NCBI GenBank assembly: GCA_013239625.1
Contig: MU054323.1
Coordinates: 20,295,082-20,359,081, forward strand
DNA from: Lama guanicoe
Lineage: Eukaryota
DNA: 64,000 nt
Direction: 5' to 3'
Shown: positions 39,501-51,350 of the stretch, one piece after another
Numbering within the stretch: the stretch's first letter is position 1
Layout: each line of letters starts with the position of its first letter
The notes under the pieces: generated by a model
What the model was told of the DNA's origin: nothing
The model's input: only the letters and a program-made list of their open reading frames with translations
Database searches by the model: none
Translations under genes and position numbers: made by a program

Positions 39501-41967
39501 AGTGACTACGGGCCGGTCAGCCCAGCCCTGCCTGTTTGCCCCATGCACACGGTCCCTGGGGTGAAGTCATGCAGGCTGTTTGTTCATCCCTCAGGACGAC
39601 AGCAGGTCACATTAGAAAGAGTAGAGAGGTGCTGCCCAACATCTACACTGGGTAGTGCAGCCCACTCCGGGCACCAAAATGCTATTTGAAACCCAAATGT
39701 GGGCAGTGGGATCTTTACTCAGCCAATCTCCAGCTCACCTCCTACCAGCACAGCCACTACCCTCCCGTCTGTAGAAAACCCTCCACTTCAACAGTTAGCT
39801 GTCCTCCTGCCCCGTCCCTCTCAGTCCGTCCCCCAACCCTGCCCCATGATAACTGTCTTCCTCACTCACTCAGCCATGTCCGGTATTTCCATCTCCAGCC
39901 CCTGGAGCTGGACAAGGGCCAGGGTCACTGCTCCCATTGCATAGATGAAGAACTAAGTCCAGAGAGGGGGCCAAGGTTAGGACAGGGAGCCCTTCCATAC
40001 ACGAAGAGTGTGGAAGCAGCTTGCAGCCCTGCTTCTTTCCCATGGGGTGACACCCAGACCCCCTGTTGAGAGGGCAGCCCTCAGCTTCAAGATGAGGGGC
40101 AGGGAGTATCCAGGGCAGCTTGGGAGCACGGACCCACACCCTGTGACCAGCAGCCACCTTGGGCGCCTTTTAGGGGAGGCGGCAGTGCCTGTTAGCCGTG
40201 GGGCCATCTGGTCATTTCTCTTACACCAGGTCAGGAGAGGGAGCCCAGATGCTGAGAGGGTGGCAGGACATGGTAGCAGTGTTGAGGGAAAGGGTCCAGG
40301 GAAAGAAGGACTGAAGAAATGACACATGGAGCCCCATTTGCTGCTAGAGTTGCTCTGAACCCAGGCAGGTACAAATGTGGGAAGAGAAGATACTGGAAGG
40401 AAGGTGTGTTCAGCACACAGCATGTGTTAGCGCCCCTGGGTGGGAAGTGGAGGATTCCGTGAGAAAGTGCTCCATCCCCAGACTCCAGGCGTGTTTGGGC
40501 CTCTCATAAAAAGTCTGACTTGGAAATTACAAACCTCAGACTGAGGCTGTACTGGCCCAGGCTTGTCCCACTCCTCCCCATGGTGGCAGAGGATGGCCAG
40601 GTGATGGGGAGGGAGTTCCTAGGAGTGGCTCTACCAGTGAGAATAAGGCAGTCCCAGAGCAAAGGAAGAGTAGGGGGTCTTTGGGGGGAAAAGAGACACC
40701 TTGGAGTGGCCCAGGTGGCACACTCCTTTCCACCACTTAGTTTGGGTTCTCAATATCTCTGTGGGTTTCTGAGAGGAGCTGGTGAGCTTTCAGAAAAGGG
40801 AAGTTGACTGAAGACTCACCAGGAGATGGGTTTTAATACCCATCCAACTCGTCCCCTAGGCCGCCTCCCTCTGCCTGACACGCTGTGTCTCCCACTCCAG
40901 CATCCACACTGCTCCTGGATGCCTCCCTGCTGGCGTGGGGGTGACTCTCCTGGGCCTTGGCCACTAGCCCTAGGGACTTTTAACAGAGTGAGAGCGTCTC
41001 TGTCCATGATATAAGAGGGCTGGACTAAGAGGATTAAAGCAATTGGGAACAGGGGATTTGGTCCCATCAGACCCTGTATCTGAAGCCTAAAAGCCTGTGG
41101 CTGGGGTGACGATTGGAGAAACAGTCCTAGGCCCTTGTCTCCCCCAGCAGGAAGAGGTGTGTGTGTTGGGGGACGTTCATTCTCCTGAGATGCTGGGGCT
41201 GAGGATATGTGGGGTTCAGGGGTGCATGTCTGGGGCTTTAATCACCTCTTTGTAGCCCTTTGGAAGCCCTGAAGGCTGTGTGCCCCCTGTGACTTCCCCT
41301 GTGGACAGAGGACAGACACATCACCCCACCCCAAAAGAAACCCCTGACTCATGCAACATACACGTCTTGTGCGTGGGGGCCCTGGTCAGCAGATAGGTTA
41401 TCTCGGGTGCTCTCAGACATTGACACAGGCATACTGAACAGAACAGAAAGGGGTGGAGGTGGGCAAGACGGCTTTGGTCCTGAGGGAGGGCAGTGGGCCG
41501 GCTCTGGTGACCCTGAAGCCCCTGCCTCACCCAGTGTCCCTTCCTGGTGTGGTAGCAGCCACCACAGGTTCCAGGGCCAGGGAAGGGTACTTGGCGCTGA
41601 GGAAAGCCAGGTGAGGGGGTCTAAGCGGAGCCAAGAGCTTGAACTGGATGGAGGTGGCAAATTCCCAGGCTGAAGAGCCTCACATCATCCCAGAGGAGAG
41701 TAGGGCAAGGTCCTTGGTGCCTTGGGCAGGACCTCGGGATTGCAGAGGGGACCTGGAGGCCAGAGAGGAGCAGGGGCCTCCCAGGGGTCCAGGCAGGCCA
41801 CCTATCCTATGAGCCTGAGGGCCTCTCCTGGGGAAGTGTTCTGACTTTTAAGGACACACAGGGCAGTGCCCTGGACAGTTTCCCCACTCTGTCACCAGAG
41901 TGTCCCTTCATCTTGGGGAACTCACTTTGAACCCTACTGATGCCAGGGCCAGATGGACCCAATGACA

Positions 41968-41973
41968 TTTATT
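41968..41973 (-). terminator. OXER1: Probable OXER1 polyadenylation signal
   Basis: Plus-strand TTTATT = AATAAA on minus, ~460 nt downstream of the OXER1 stop. Confidence 0.7.
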
Positions 41974-42431
41974 TGGTTTTCCTTGGAACAGCTGAGGCAG
42001 ACTTGCATGTTCAAAAGGAACTTTACTAGTATTGAGAGAGAAAAGCAAGATCACAGAAAATGCAGCTTTCCAGTTGTTAAGCAAGACTTCTGCTCTCAGT
42101 TATCAGGCTCTGGCCGGGAACTGGGCAGCTGGAGCTCCCACAGCCCCTGCCTGTCTCCTCCTGCCGTCGTGCTCTGCGCTGTGGAGACATCATCCCTGGC
42201 ACACTACTCCAAGCCAAGACCCTTTTCTCTTCCTGCCACCCACCTGGCTCCTGCAGATGTCCCTTGTCCAGCTGGCAATAGACCCCTGTGCTGGCAATAG
42301 ACCAGGGAGTGACCTTGTCCCTCCCGCCCAGAGCCTGCCTGTCCTCGCTCCTGCGGCACGGCCACAGACCCCCAGTCCGGGGAGGGGCCTTCCTGGTCAG
42401 TCCTCCGAGATTTCCAGCGAGACCTCCGCCT

Positions 42432-43544
42432 TCAGCCTCCCGTGGCCTCTGCCTTCTTAGAGGACACCCATCGGCGTGCAGAGAGCTGGTAGGAGCTCTC
42501 ATCCCTGGCTGGACCCTGCGAGCTCTGGGTGAGGCCCAGCAGAGCCCGGCCCTGGCGGAGGAAGCTGGGGCTGGAGAAGCAGTAGAGCACGGGGTCCAGG
42601 ACGCTGTTGAGGTAGGTGAAGGCCAGGGAGCCGTGGAAGAGCTGCGTGCAGACGTCGAGGGTGGGGCAGGCCCGCAGGCGGAAGGCCACGATGGAAGCAC
42701 CGCCGAAGATGACGCTGGGCAGGAAGCAAACGGTGTAGACGGCCACCACCGCGGCCAGCACGCGCATGGCCCTGCGCGGGCCCGCCTGCCTGTCCAGGCC
42801 GCGGCGCCGGAGGCTGAGCGCCATGCTCACGATGGCGAAGAGGATGAGCGCCAGCGGCAGGAAGAACTCCAGCAGGAACAGCGCCTGGTGCCAGCGGAGT
42901 GAGGCTGAGGGGCGCGTGCCCAGCTGGTAACTGAGGCAGGAGCGGCCGGAGTAGGTCGTCAGGAGCAGGTGCCCGTTGAGGAGCAGGATGCCCCCCCAGA
43001 GCCCCCCGGCCACCCTGGCGGCTGCCCCCACCGAGGCCCTGCTCAGCGCGTGGTGGGGCCGCACCACTTTCAGGTAGCGGTTGAGCGCGATGGCCGTGAG
43101 GAAGACCACGCTGGCCGAGCGGTTGGTGGACATCATGAAGAGGTTGACTTTGCAGGCAGCGCCTCTGAAGCGCCAGGTCTCCTGGCGGAAGTAGTAGTCC
43201 ACGCGCAGGGGCAGGTTGATGATTAGGAGAAAGTCCGCCACCACCAGGCTGACCAGGAAGACTGTGCTGGACGTCCAGGGCCGCATGTGGAAGCAGAAGA
43301 TGAAGAAGGCCAAGCCGTTCCCCACCAGGCCCAGGACAAACTCCATGCCCAGCACTGGCGCCAGGAGGGCAGACACCGTGGGGGAGGAGGCCAGGCGGCA
43401 GGGAGCTGAGTCCTCTCCAGGTGACCCCAAGGCAGTGGTGAAGGCAGAGGGAGAGAAGGAGGGAGAGGGAGGGAGGGAGGTGGGGAGAGTGGAGGGGGAG
43501 AGAGAAGAAAGGGGAGATGCAGAGCTCATGTTAAGAAATTCCAT
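42432..43544 (-). CDS. OXER1: Oxoeicosanoid (5-oxo-ETE) receptor 1, intronless class A GPCR, 370 aa from the first in-frame ATG (MEFLNM...)
   Basis: Seven hydrophobic segments with GN (TM1), LxxADF (TM2), ALNRY (DRY variant), CFLP (TM6) and DPVLY (TM7); close match to human OXER1 as recalled; syntenic between MTA3 and HAAO. The ORF-track start at 43643 is TTG, not ATG. Confidence 0.95.
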   Translation of the reverse strand: MEFLNMSSASPLSSLSPSTLPTSLPPSPSFSPSAFTTALGSPGEDSAPCRLASSPTVSALLAPVLGMEFVLGLVGNGLAFFIFCFHMRPWTSSTVFLVSLVVADFLLIINLPLRVDYYFRQETWRFRGAACKVNLFMMSTNRSASVVFLTAIALNRYLKVVRPHHALSRASVGAAARVAGGLWGGILLLNGHLLLTTYSGRSCLSYQLGTRPSASLRWHQALFLLEFFLPLALILFAIVSMALSLRRRGLDRQAGPRRAMRVLAAVVAVYTVCFLPSVIFGGASIVAFRLRACPTLDVCTQLFHGSLAFTYLNSVLDPVLYCFSSPSFLRQGRALLGLTQSSQGPARDESSYQLSARRWVSSKKAEATGG

Positions 43545-44669
43545 GGGCTCCGTGGGCTGTGGACCTGAGAGAAGTTTCCAGGGTCTTCCTACCCCAGCAC
43601 GAGTGTTCAGGGATGAGTGCTTGCTCTCAGCTGGCCACCACAATGACTCAGTATCCTGGGGTTTGCATCAACAGCTGCTGAGAAACACCCAGGGTTCCTA
43701 TTTGCAGGCAAAGGGGAACCCTGCAGGCCTCCCTCCCTCCCCTCCTTCCCGGGACACTGAGTGGCCTGTGAGGTCTCTAAACCCAGCCTCAGTTGCAGTC
43801 TTCAAGGCAGGGCTCAGCAGGGGTGATCGGAGGCCCTGAGAGACCCTGCCTGGGGAGGAGGGCCAAGCTGGGGTGAGGTTGAGGAGAGTGTTCGCAGCCC
43901 TGAGTGGTCTGACATTTGCTTGCCTGAAGGCAGGTGCTGGTCCTGGCAACTCACAGCCCTCTGGAATATGCAGAGCACTCCAGACCCCCTTCCCATTACA
44001 GATACAGACAGGAGACTACCTCCCTGCCTCTACCTGCTCTGGCAGCAGCAGGGACTGTGGACTCGACAATGTTGCCCTGGGAGAGGGAGGCCTGGTGGGA
44101 ACAGCCTGCTGTATATCCGCCAGCCTGCTGTGGTTATTCCCAGGTCCTGACAGTTCCAAAGTTGTGATGGTCCCAAGGCCACGTCCATGATGAAGACCAT
44201 CCCACAGGCAGAGGGCACCCCTGCCAAGTTTCTACTGCCATGACCTGGGGATCTGGGGGCTTCTCCCACAAACAGAACAATCCTGAGAATTGAGTTTCTC
44301 TGCCATTGTCCACCCACCTCAGCGGGCCATCACCCACTATGCACTACCCACTTTCCCAGCGCGTGGTGTTCTCATGAGCCCATAGGGGCAGGCCCGTGGG
44401 TAAAGATGAGGGCTGGGGCTCCTGGGAACCTGGGATAGCACCAAGAGAGGCTGTGGTTCCAGCTCCAGGACTTGATAACCTCCCTTGCTAACTGACTGTG
44501 GTCAGTGGGGTGCCACGTGCTGCCAACTCTGCCTAGGACTGGGTTTCAGGCACAGTGGCCGTTGGCCCCTCTCCTGCAGACCCTCTAGGACTTTCCCCTG
44601 CTCTGGGATCCCACTGGCCAAGGCTGAGGGCAGACAACCTGCGATCACAGGGTGCAGGGTGGTGGGACC

Positions 44670-44830
44670 ACAAGCCTGAGATTTGAATGCAGACAGGCCT
44701 GGGCTGGAAACAGCCTCTCTGAGTTTCATCTGTAAGGTGGGTGTTCCACCTTCTTAGAGACATGTGAGGATTTAATGAGGTCAGGTCTGTAAAAACTTCT
44801 AGCAAATTCCTTGGCACAGAGTTAGTGTTG
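44670..44830 (+). mobile_element. MIR SINE
   Basis: cctctctgagtttcatctgtaaggtggg...gtgaggatttaatgagg...tgtaaaaacttctagc. Confidence 0.65.
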
Positions 44831-45817
44831 AGATTTGCATGATTTTCTGTCTAGGATCAGGCCTGCCTTTGGCACTAGGAGCAAACTCCCCTTCTTGTGG
44901 CCACCTGCTCTCTGCCCAGCGGGCCTCCCCTGGACATTCCTTTGTCCTGTCAGCTCCCGCACAGAGCAACTCATTGCCTTAGCCTCTGCCCTCACTGCTC
45001 AGGACTGGTCACAAGTTAGGGGAAGGCTGGTGGTGTTTTTGCTTTGCTTGCAGGAGAGGAAATCCCTCAGGGGTAGAGAGGTAGGTGGGTGAGGGTTCCG
45101 ACATCCCTCAGGGCTGGAAGCCCGTTCAGCAAGGTCAGGGCCTCCTTTAGTCAGAGGAGGGGATCAAAGCAGTGAGCTGCCAGGCTGGGGTGGGGAAGGC
45201 AGGGTTCAGACTCAAGTTTTCTGGAGGAAGCTTTGATTCTACCCAGGGACCTGTTTAACCCAGATCAGCTTCAGTTCCCTCCCCAGGCGGCCCCTCACCA
45301 ACTTCTCACTGAAGTCCCAGGAAACTGAGCCCAGATCTCCCACTGCAGGTTCCACGTTTCATCTCTACCCACTGCTGCGCCCAGAGCTCCCAGCACCCCT
45401 GGACCCCACGGGGGCCTATGCATAGCAGGGGGTGCAGGGGGATGAGGCCAGACACCTCTCCCCCTGCTGCCAAGCTCCCATACAGCTTCACAGCCCTGTG
45501 CAGGCTCATCAAGATCTTCAGGTATTAACCGTAGTTCTCTCTGGGGGCGGGGGGCGGTTGTGTTTTTATGTATTTCTGTGTTTTCTACAATTAGCACAGG
45601 TCACTTCTGTTATTGGGGAGAAAAACCTCAACAGATGCTATTTTTTAAAGTTATGTAAAAAGAATAGGTGAGAAAGAGGCAGATAACAGACCCTTCACAC
45701 ATCCATGGCCACCTGGTGCCCCAGACACTGCCACACAGTCACGGGAGCTCGCGGTGCCTGCCATCCCCCATGGCCTGTGTGAGTGCAGACAAGCAGGCGC
45801 TCATCCACCAGGAAGCC

Positions 45818-45823
45818 TTTATT
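45818..45823 (-). terminator. HAAO: Probable HAAO polyadenylation signal
   Basis: Plus-strand TTTATT = AATAAA on minus, ~280 nt after the HAAO stop. Confidence 0.75.
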
Positions 45824-46102
45824 GAGGGCCTTCTTGGCGGCAGGGACAGAGGGCTAGAGAGGCAGCCTGGCTGAACTGTACAGAGGGCTGTTAGGAGAGA
45901 AGGGGAGTTACTGTCCCCAGCAACCTGGCATCCTGGCCGAGAGGACAGGAGATGGATGGGTGGCACTGATGTTCAGGGCCCAGCCCAGGGCACGCTGAGT
46001 CACTTGGCAGCAGTACACATAGAAGCAGTGAGGCGGGGGGGAGTTATTTGGCAGGGGTGGTGCTCAGGCCAGGGTGGCTGCTCTGGGCTCACAGCAAGAG
46101 GG

Positions 46103-46181
46103 TCACCCTAGGGGCTTCTTGCGGGCGGGGTCCTGGGTCACAGAGAGTGCTGCGGAGCCTCGCCCTCGCTCCCAGGAGTAC
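46103..46181 (-). CDS. HAAO: HAAO exon 10 (A)[25 protein letters not shown]
   Basis: ccacag|G TAC...GGG TGA; 79 nt. Confidence 0.95.
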
Positions 46182-46286
46182 CTGTGGAGACACCAGTGGG
46201 CAGGGGTCAGACAAGGTTGGGCCCCGAGGATCCCAGGGAAAGGAGGGCAGTCCCAGTGTTGGGGGTCAGTCCTCCCAGGGACTCAC

Positions 46287-46369
46287 GCAGTCCCGGCTGG
46301 CACCAGGAAGCTGTCATCAGCGTTCAGGCTCAGGTGCTTTCCTTCCATCATCAACACCGAGGAGCCCTC
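46287..46369 (-). CDS. HAAO: HAAO exon 9 EGSSVLMMEGKHLSLNADDSFLVPAGT(A)
   Basis: ttcctag|GAG...ACT GC|gtgagt; 83 nt. Confidence 0.95.
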
Positions 46370-46559
46370 CTAGGAAAGAGGAGTAGGAGAAGGGAATGGA
46401 GGCTGTTGGCCACCACACCTGTGTGAGCATCCCTGAATCTGCCTCAGGAAGGAAGCCCTGGGAGCCGGTCCAGGCTGGGGGCGTCTAAGACCCAGTAACA
46501 GCCTGGTCCCCAAGGGCTGGCAGGAGGCTGGGCCACCCTCTCCCAGGGACCCCACTTGC

Positions 46560-46628
46560 CAGCTGCCACAGCCATATGTCCACGTCCTGTCTCGAGCCTT
46601 TGCTGCTGCCTTGTCCGTGGACAGTCAC
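46560..46628 (-). CDS. HAAO: HAAO exon 8 VTVHGQGSSKGSRQDVDIWLWQL
   Basis: taccag|GTG...CAG CTG|gcaagt; 69 nt; donor is GC (see findings). Confidence 0.92.
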
Positions 46629-47499
46629 CTGGTAGTAAGTGACACAGACCGTTCTGGTGTGCCCTGCCCCACACAGGACCAGGCCTTGAACCTGCCCCCA
46701 GACACCAGGCCTGTGCGGGGCAGGGGTGGGGCCCACAACACAGCTTCATTTCCATGTGCAGAGCAGAGACCAGGAACTGGGGAGGAAGGCTGCTCAGGCC
46801 ACAGGCCTCCCTGCCCACCTGCTGTCGGGATCACACGTGCCTGTCCTTCACACACACGTGCATATCTGCTCCCTCTGACACATGACACAACTACTGCTGA
46901 CTCATATGGATGCCCGCCTGCCAGGGACACACTAGGGACACACGCACACATGTATACAGGCACGGTGCAAACCCATGTACCACACACACATGAACGCCCC
47001 AAAGGATACCTGTCTCCCTTCCTCCATAAGATGTTAGGAGTCTGGCCTAAGGAGGAGGAGGGAGATGGGAGGGGATGAGCGGGAGTGAGAGGGAGGCTGA
47101 GCTGCTCCTATCTGCATCAGCCTGGAAGCCCACAGCTACTGTGCAGGCCACCCTCCCACAGGCCCAGAGTGGGACCCAGTATATATTTGCTGGAGTAAAC
47201 GGAAGCAGGGAGGAGGAAGGGTGTGAAAGAGGTGGAAGGCAGGGCCGCGGGGCGGGAGGCGCTTGGTGGTGTGTGCACCGGCTCCCACAGCCCTGTATAA
47301 GCTCAGAGGCTTGTTGGCCAGGCCTCTTAGGGCACGTCTGCATCCAGTGAGCATCCCTCCATAGGGTTGTCTAATTCAAACTGCAAGGGATGTGGCAAAT
47401 TGCAAAGCACAAGTGAACATGAGCCTCCTAGCAGGTCTCATTGCCACACTTGCCCACCTGACCTGGTCCTCATGTAGCCTACAGTGATCTTTTTGAAAC

Positions 47500-48030
47500 A
47501 CCACTCTACCCTGGTCACACACCTGCTTCAACGTTTGGGTGAAGCTCTCCTGTCTCCAGGATAGGTCCTTGCACCTTGCCCAGCCCAGGAGGGCTGCGAA
47601 CACCTGGGCACTGCCTGCTACTCTGGCCATCTAGCAATTGTGCCTGCTGCCCCCACCCCTTGCCCTGGTCCCCCAACCTCAGCTATCTGCAATATCAGTC
47701 AGTTTCAAGCCTCCAGACCTTTGCTCATGCTTCTTTCACCTGGAATGCTCTCTCCATCTCTCTTTCTTCCTTTTGCAAACTCCTATATTAGCTTTAAAGC
47801 TCAGCCTATACATCACCTCTGCCAGGAAGTCTTCCCTGACTTCCCTCACAGCTGGGTTCCTTCTTTATCCTCCTATGGCTTCCCGTAGCGTCTCTAGCAA
47901 AGAATGTGTCACATGCTTGTGGCAATTGTTGATTAACTTGTCCAATTGCCAGACAATACTTTGATCTATCTTATTTTTCCTACCAAAACCTGAAACATAA
48001 CAGGCCATCAATAAATGTTGAATGAAAGGA
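47500..48030 (+). mobile_element. LINE-2 3' end
   Basis: cctttgctcatgcttctttcacctggaatgctctc...catcacctctgccaggaagtcttccctgac...caataaatgttgaatgaa terminus. Confidence 0.75.
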
Positions 48031-48364
48031 GGCCAGCTTTGTTGGGCTCTCTCACTGTGCAACTCTTCACCCAATCCTCACCCCCAAGTATCTCTCTCCC
48101 TTCTGGCTCCTAAGGCTATGATTGGCCAAAGGCCCAGGAATTCCTGGCAGGGGGTTGACACTAGACTCTCAGAAACCTGTTGTGGATGGGGGCAACCCCT
48201 TACTCTGAAAGCAAAGGAGGATTGCTGGGGACCAGGTAGCTTCCACGGGCTTCCACTCACAGCAAAGCCATCATTCTCTGAGTCAGGGAGGAAAAAGGAA
48301 AGTCTATGATCGTGTCTGCAACCTCCAAAACTGGCAAGTGAGTGTGTGTGTTCATGTGTGACTA

Positions 48365-48652
<288 letters not shown>

Positions 48653-48852
48653 CTAGTCGCTGGAATGGGCTCTGGATCCAGCTCAAGGACCAAGCAGCCA
48701 TGTGGGGGTACTATTTGGTGCCATTTTCTTGTGCCTTGAGTACTGGACAGAGTACTCAAAAGGAGACTCCCTGGTACCCAGGGCCAAGAGCCATCCTTCT
48801 ATGGGAAGGGAGGGAGGGAGGGAGGGAGAAAGGTGGTTCCCAGTGGCCTCAC

Positions 48853-48896
48853 CAGGCTTGGGCTTCCCTGTTCTGTGCTGCTCAGAGCTGAAGAAC
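48853..48896 (-). CDS. HAAO: HAAO exon 6 (E)FFSSEQHRTGKPKP
   Basis: cctgtag|G TTC...CCT G|gtgagg; 44 nt. Confidence 0.95.
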
Positions 48897-49231
48897 CTAC
48901 AGGAAGAAATGGGCAGGGGGAGTGGCTAGTGAGACACAGGAACACACACACTTACACTCATACACTCAAGGGCACAGGAGCCCACATATGCTCGTGGGGC
49001 CCTCACACAACTTGTTGTATATCTGCCATCCTTTCCCTCCCCTCCCCAGGTTGCTTTCCAGCCCGGGGTCCTCCCACCCCGGGAGAGGCAGACTTTCTCC
49101 CTAAATCCTGGGCGTGGTGGCTCCGGGCTGGCCAGTGCTGCCGAGGAGCACTGCTGGGATGGGTCTGCTCTCCCCGCCAGAGCGCAGAGCTCCTCAAGAG
49201 AGCCAGGGGCAGGGGCAGGGCTGGGGGCTCA

Positions 49232-49381
<150 letters not shown>

Positions 49382-51219
49382 TCAGGCCTGGCTCTGCTAG
49401 TGGACGCCTGCGCCCCCACCCCAGCCCTGCACAGCTGACTGCCAGCTTCGTCCTGTTGGCGCCACCTAGTGGCCAATGCATGCTCACCCCCACCCACGCC
49501 TGGCTCTCCCAGGAACACCTGTGTGGCCCCAAAGTGGGAGGGCTATTATCAGCCCCATTCTCATAGCTCCTCCTAGTTCCCAAACCTGACCATTTACAAA
49601 GAAAACAGAAGTAACTCTGAAGCTCAGAGAGAATCTGGGCAACGCGGCAGGGATTACACAGCCTGTAAGTGGCACAAGCAGGGCAGACCCGAGACAGTCT
49701 TAGAAGCATAGGGAACATCAGTGACAAGTGTTTTTCCAAAAACTGAGGAAGCTGAGGCTGACTAGGACCCGTGGCTGGATCTCCACCTGCCTGCTGGTAT
49801 TCTAGGTCGGAGCACATGGAACCTTAAGGAACCAATATGCAGAAGATGCCCCCCAGATGACGGGGTTCTTCTCCCCTTGGGGTCATGGATGCCTTTGAGA
49901 ACTAGAGCAAAGCACTGGGCCTCTTCTCTGGAGGAAGGTCCACATGCATGCCCACATAGCCTCCAGCAGACTCCCTGAAGTCCACTCGGGCCCCCAGCCC
50001 CCAGCTCTGCTGGTCTGAGGAGTGTTGGGCAGACACAGGCCTCAGCCTCAGGGCCCTATGCGTGCAGCCCATCTACTGACCAAATGCCTAAACCCCAGGC
50101 TCAGCTCCCAGGGCCAACACAGCTCTGTTCTTCAGCTCCTCCCGAAAAAGAGAAGTGGTCCTGCATATGGGAGGTGGTTTACAGACACACAGTGCATCCA
50201 CCCCACCTAACACCCTGAGTTCCAACCTGGGATGGAGCTGGCCACCAGAAAGCCTCATAACCAGACCTCGATGTCCTCCAGGAATTGCCTTCAGAGTGGC
50301 ATTTTCACGTTAAGCCTCTGGCTTTTATTAAAGGTCAAAAGCAGCAGATGAAATCTGTTATTGAATTTGCTATAAAAATGTTACTGAAGACGCTGTCCTC
50401 TCCATCACTAAAAACTCTTCATATAAAGCCCCGTGTGAAAAATTGCCTTTCAAATTTAAGGCCAGGCATCTATTCCTGTAACAGACTGTTCTGCAGTAAA
50501 TTACTGTGCAGTTATTAATATTGTGTTTTTTGAAAAGCGTGTAATAGTATGAGAAATACTCCTGAGTTTCTTTTAACGTACAAAAAGCAAAACTCAAACC
50601 CATGCTTACAGTAAGACCGCAATGTTGTAAGGTTGCAGATAAGCACAGAAAGAAGACGAGATGGAAATTTAAGTGCTTTGTTGGATTTAATTGGTGGGAT
50701 GACTTTTGTTTTTCTCTTTATTTTTGTTAATTTTGTTTAATTGAGGTATCATTCGCATACTATAAAATTTACTCTTTTCTTGACAGGTAATTTTGTTTAG
50801 TTTGCTTTCTTGTACTTTTCCAGACTTCAGGATTAAATGGGTGTGACTTTGGTAATTAGAAAAAAGGGGAAGCATTAAAAAAATTGTCCATTAAAACAAA
50901 AGATTAGGGGCAAAGTATCCTGGTTTCAGTAGCCTGTTGGGAAATTTTTATTTTCTCAGTTAAAAAAATACAAAATATAGCTTAGCTTTTAGAAAAAATT
51001 CTGTGTCTCCCAGAACCAAAGGCTGAGTCCTCCTTTCGGAGGAATAATAATCGGGTGACTGACTGGAACGAGATGGGAACTCAGCTAGAGAAACTCAGCA
51101 GCCATCTCTGCACCTGTGTTCATCCCCTCCTTGGTGCTGACTCACGCTCCCATCTAGGCTGTCCCGGCCCTAATGTCATTTTTCTCAATAATGCCAGCTC
51201 GGCTGCTTTCTTTCAGCTC

Positions 51220-51350
51220 GGGTCCAGTTTCTTCATCTGTAAAGTACAGATGATAACAGTACCTACCCAATATGATCATTGTGAGGATTAAACGAATAAA
51301 TACACATAAAGCGATTGCCCGGTGCGCAGCACGTTGCAAATGTTATACAA
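51220..51350 (+). mobile_element. MIR SINE
   Basis: cagtttcttcatctgtaaagtacagatgataacagtacctacc...ttgtgaggattaaacga. Confidence 0.75.

Noticed and set aside
30400..41900. Many 60-150 aa ORFs between MTA3 and OXER1
   Set aside because: Arise from high GC content and non-ATG starts; no coherent exon chain or recognisable domain.
43545..43643. 403-aa OXER1 starting at 43643
   Set aside because: That codon is TTG; the first in-frame ATG is at 43544 and the upstream region is frame-broken relative to human.
42077..43839. Long overlapping ORFs (42077..42700 -, 42288..42902 +, 43216..43839 +) as extra genes
   Set aside because: Shadow frames of the GC-rich OXER1 CDS; low-complexity Pro/Ala/Gly/Arg translations with no recognisable domain.
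48009..48016. AATAAA near 48010 as a gene end
   Set aside because: Part of the L2 3' terminus (caataaatgttgaatgaa) and antisense to HAAO.
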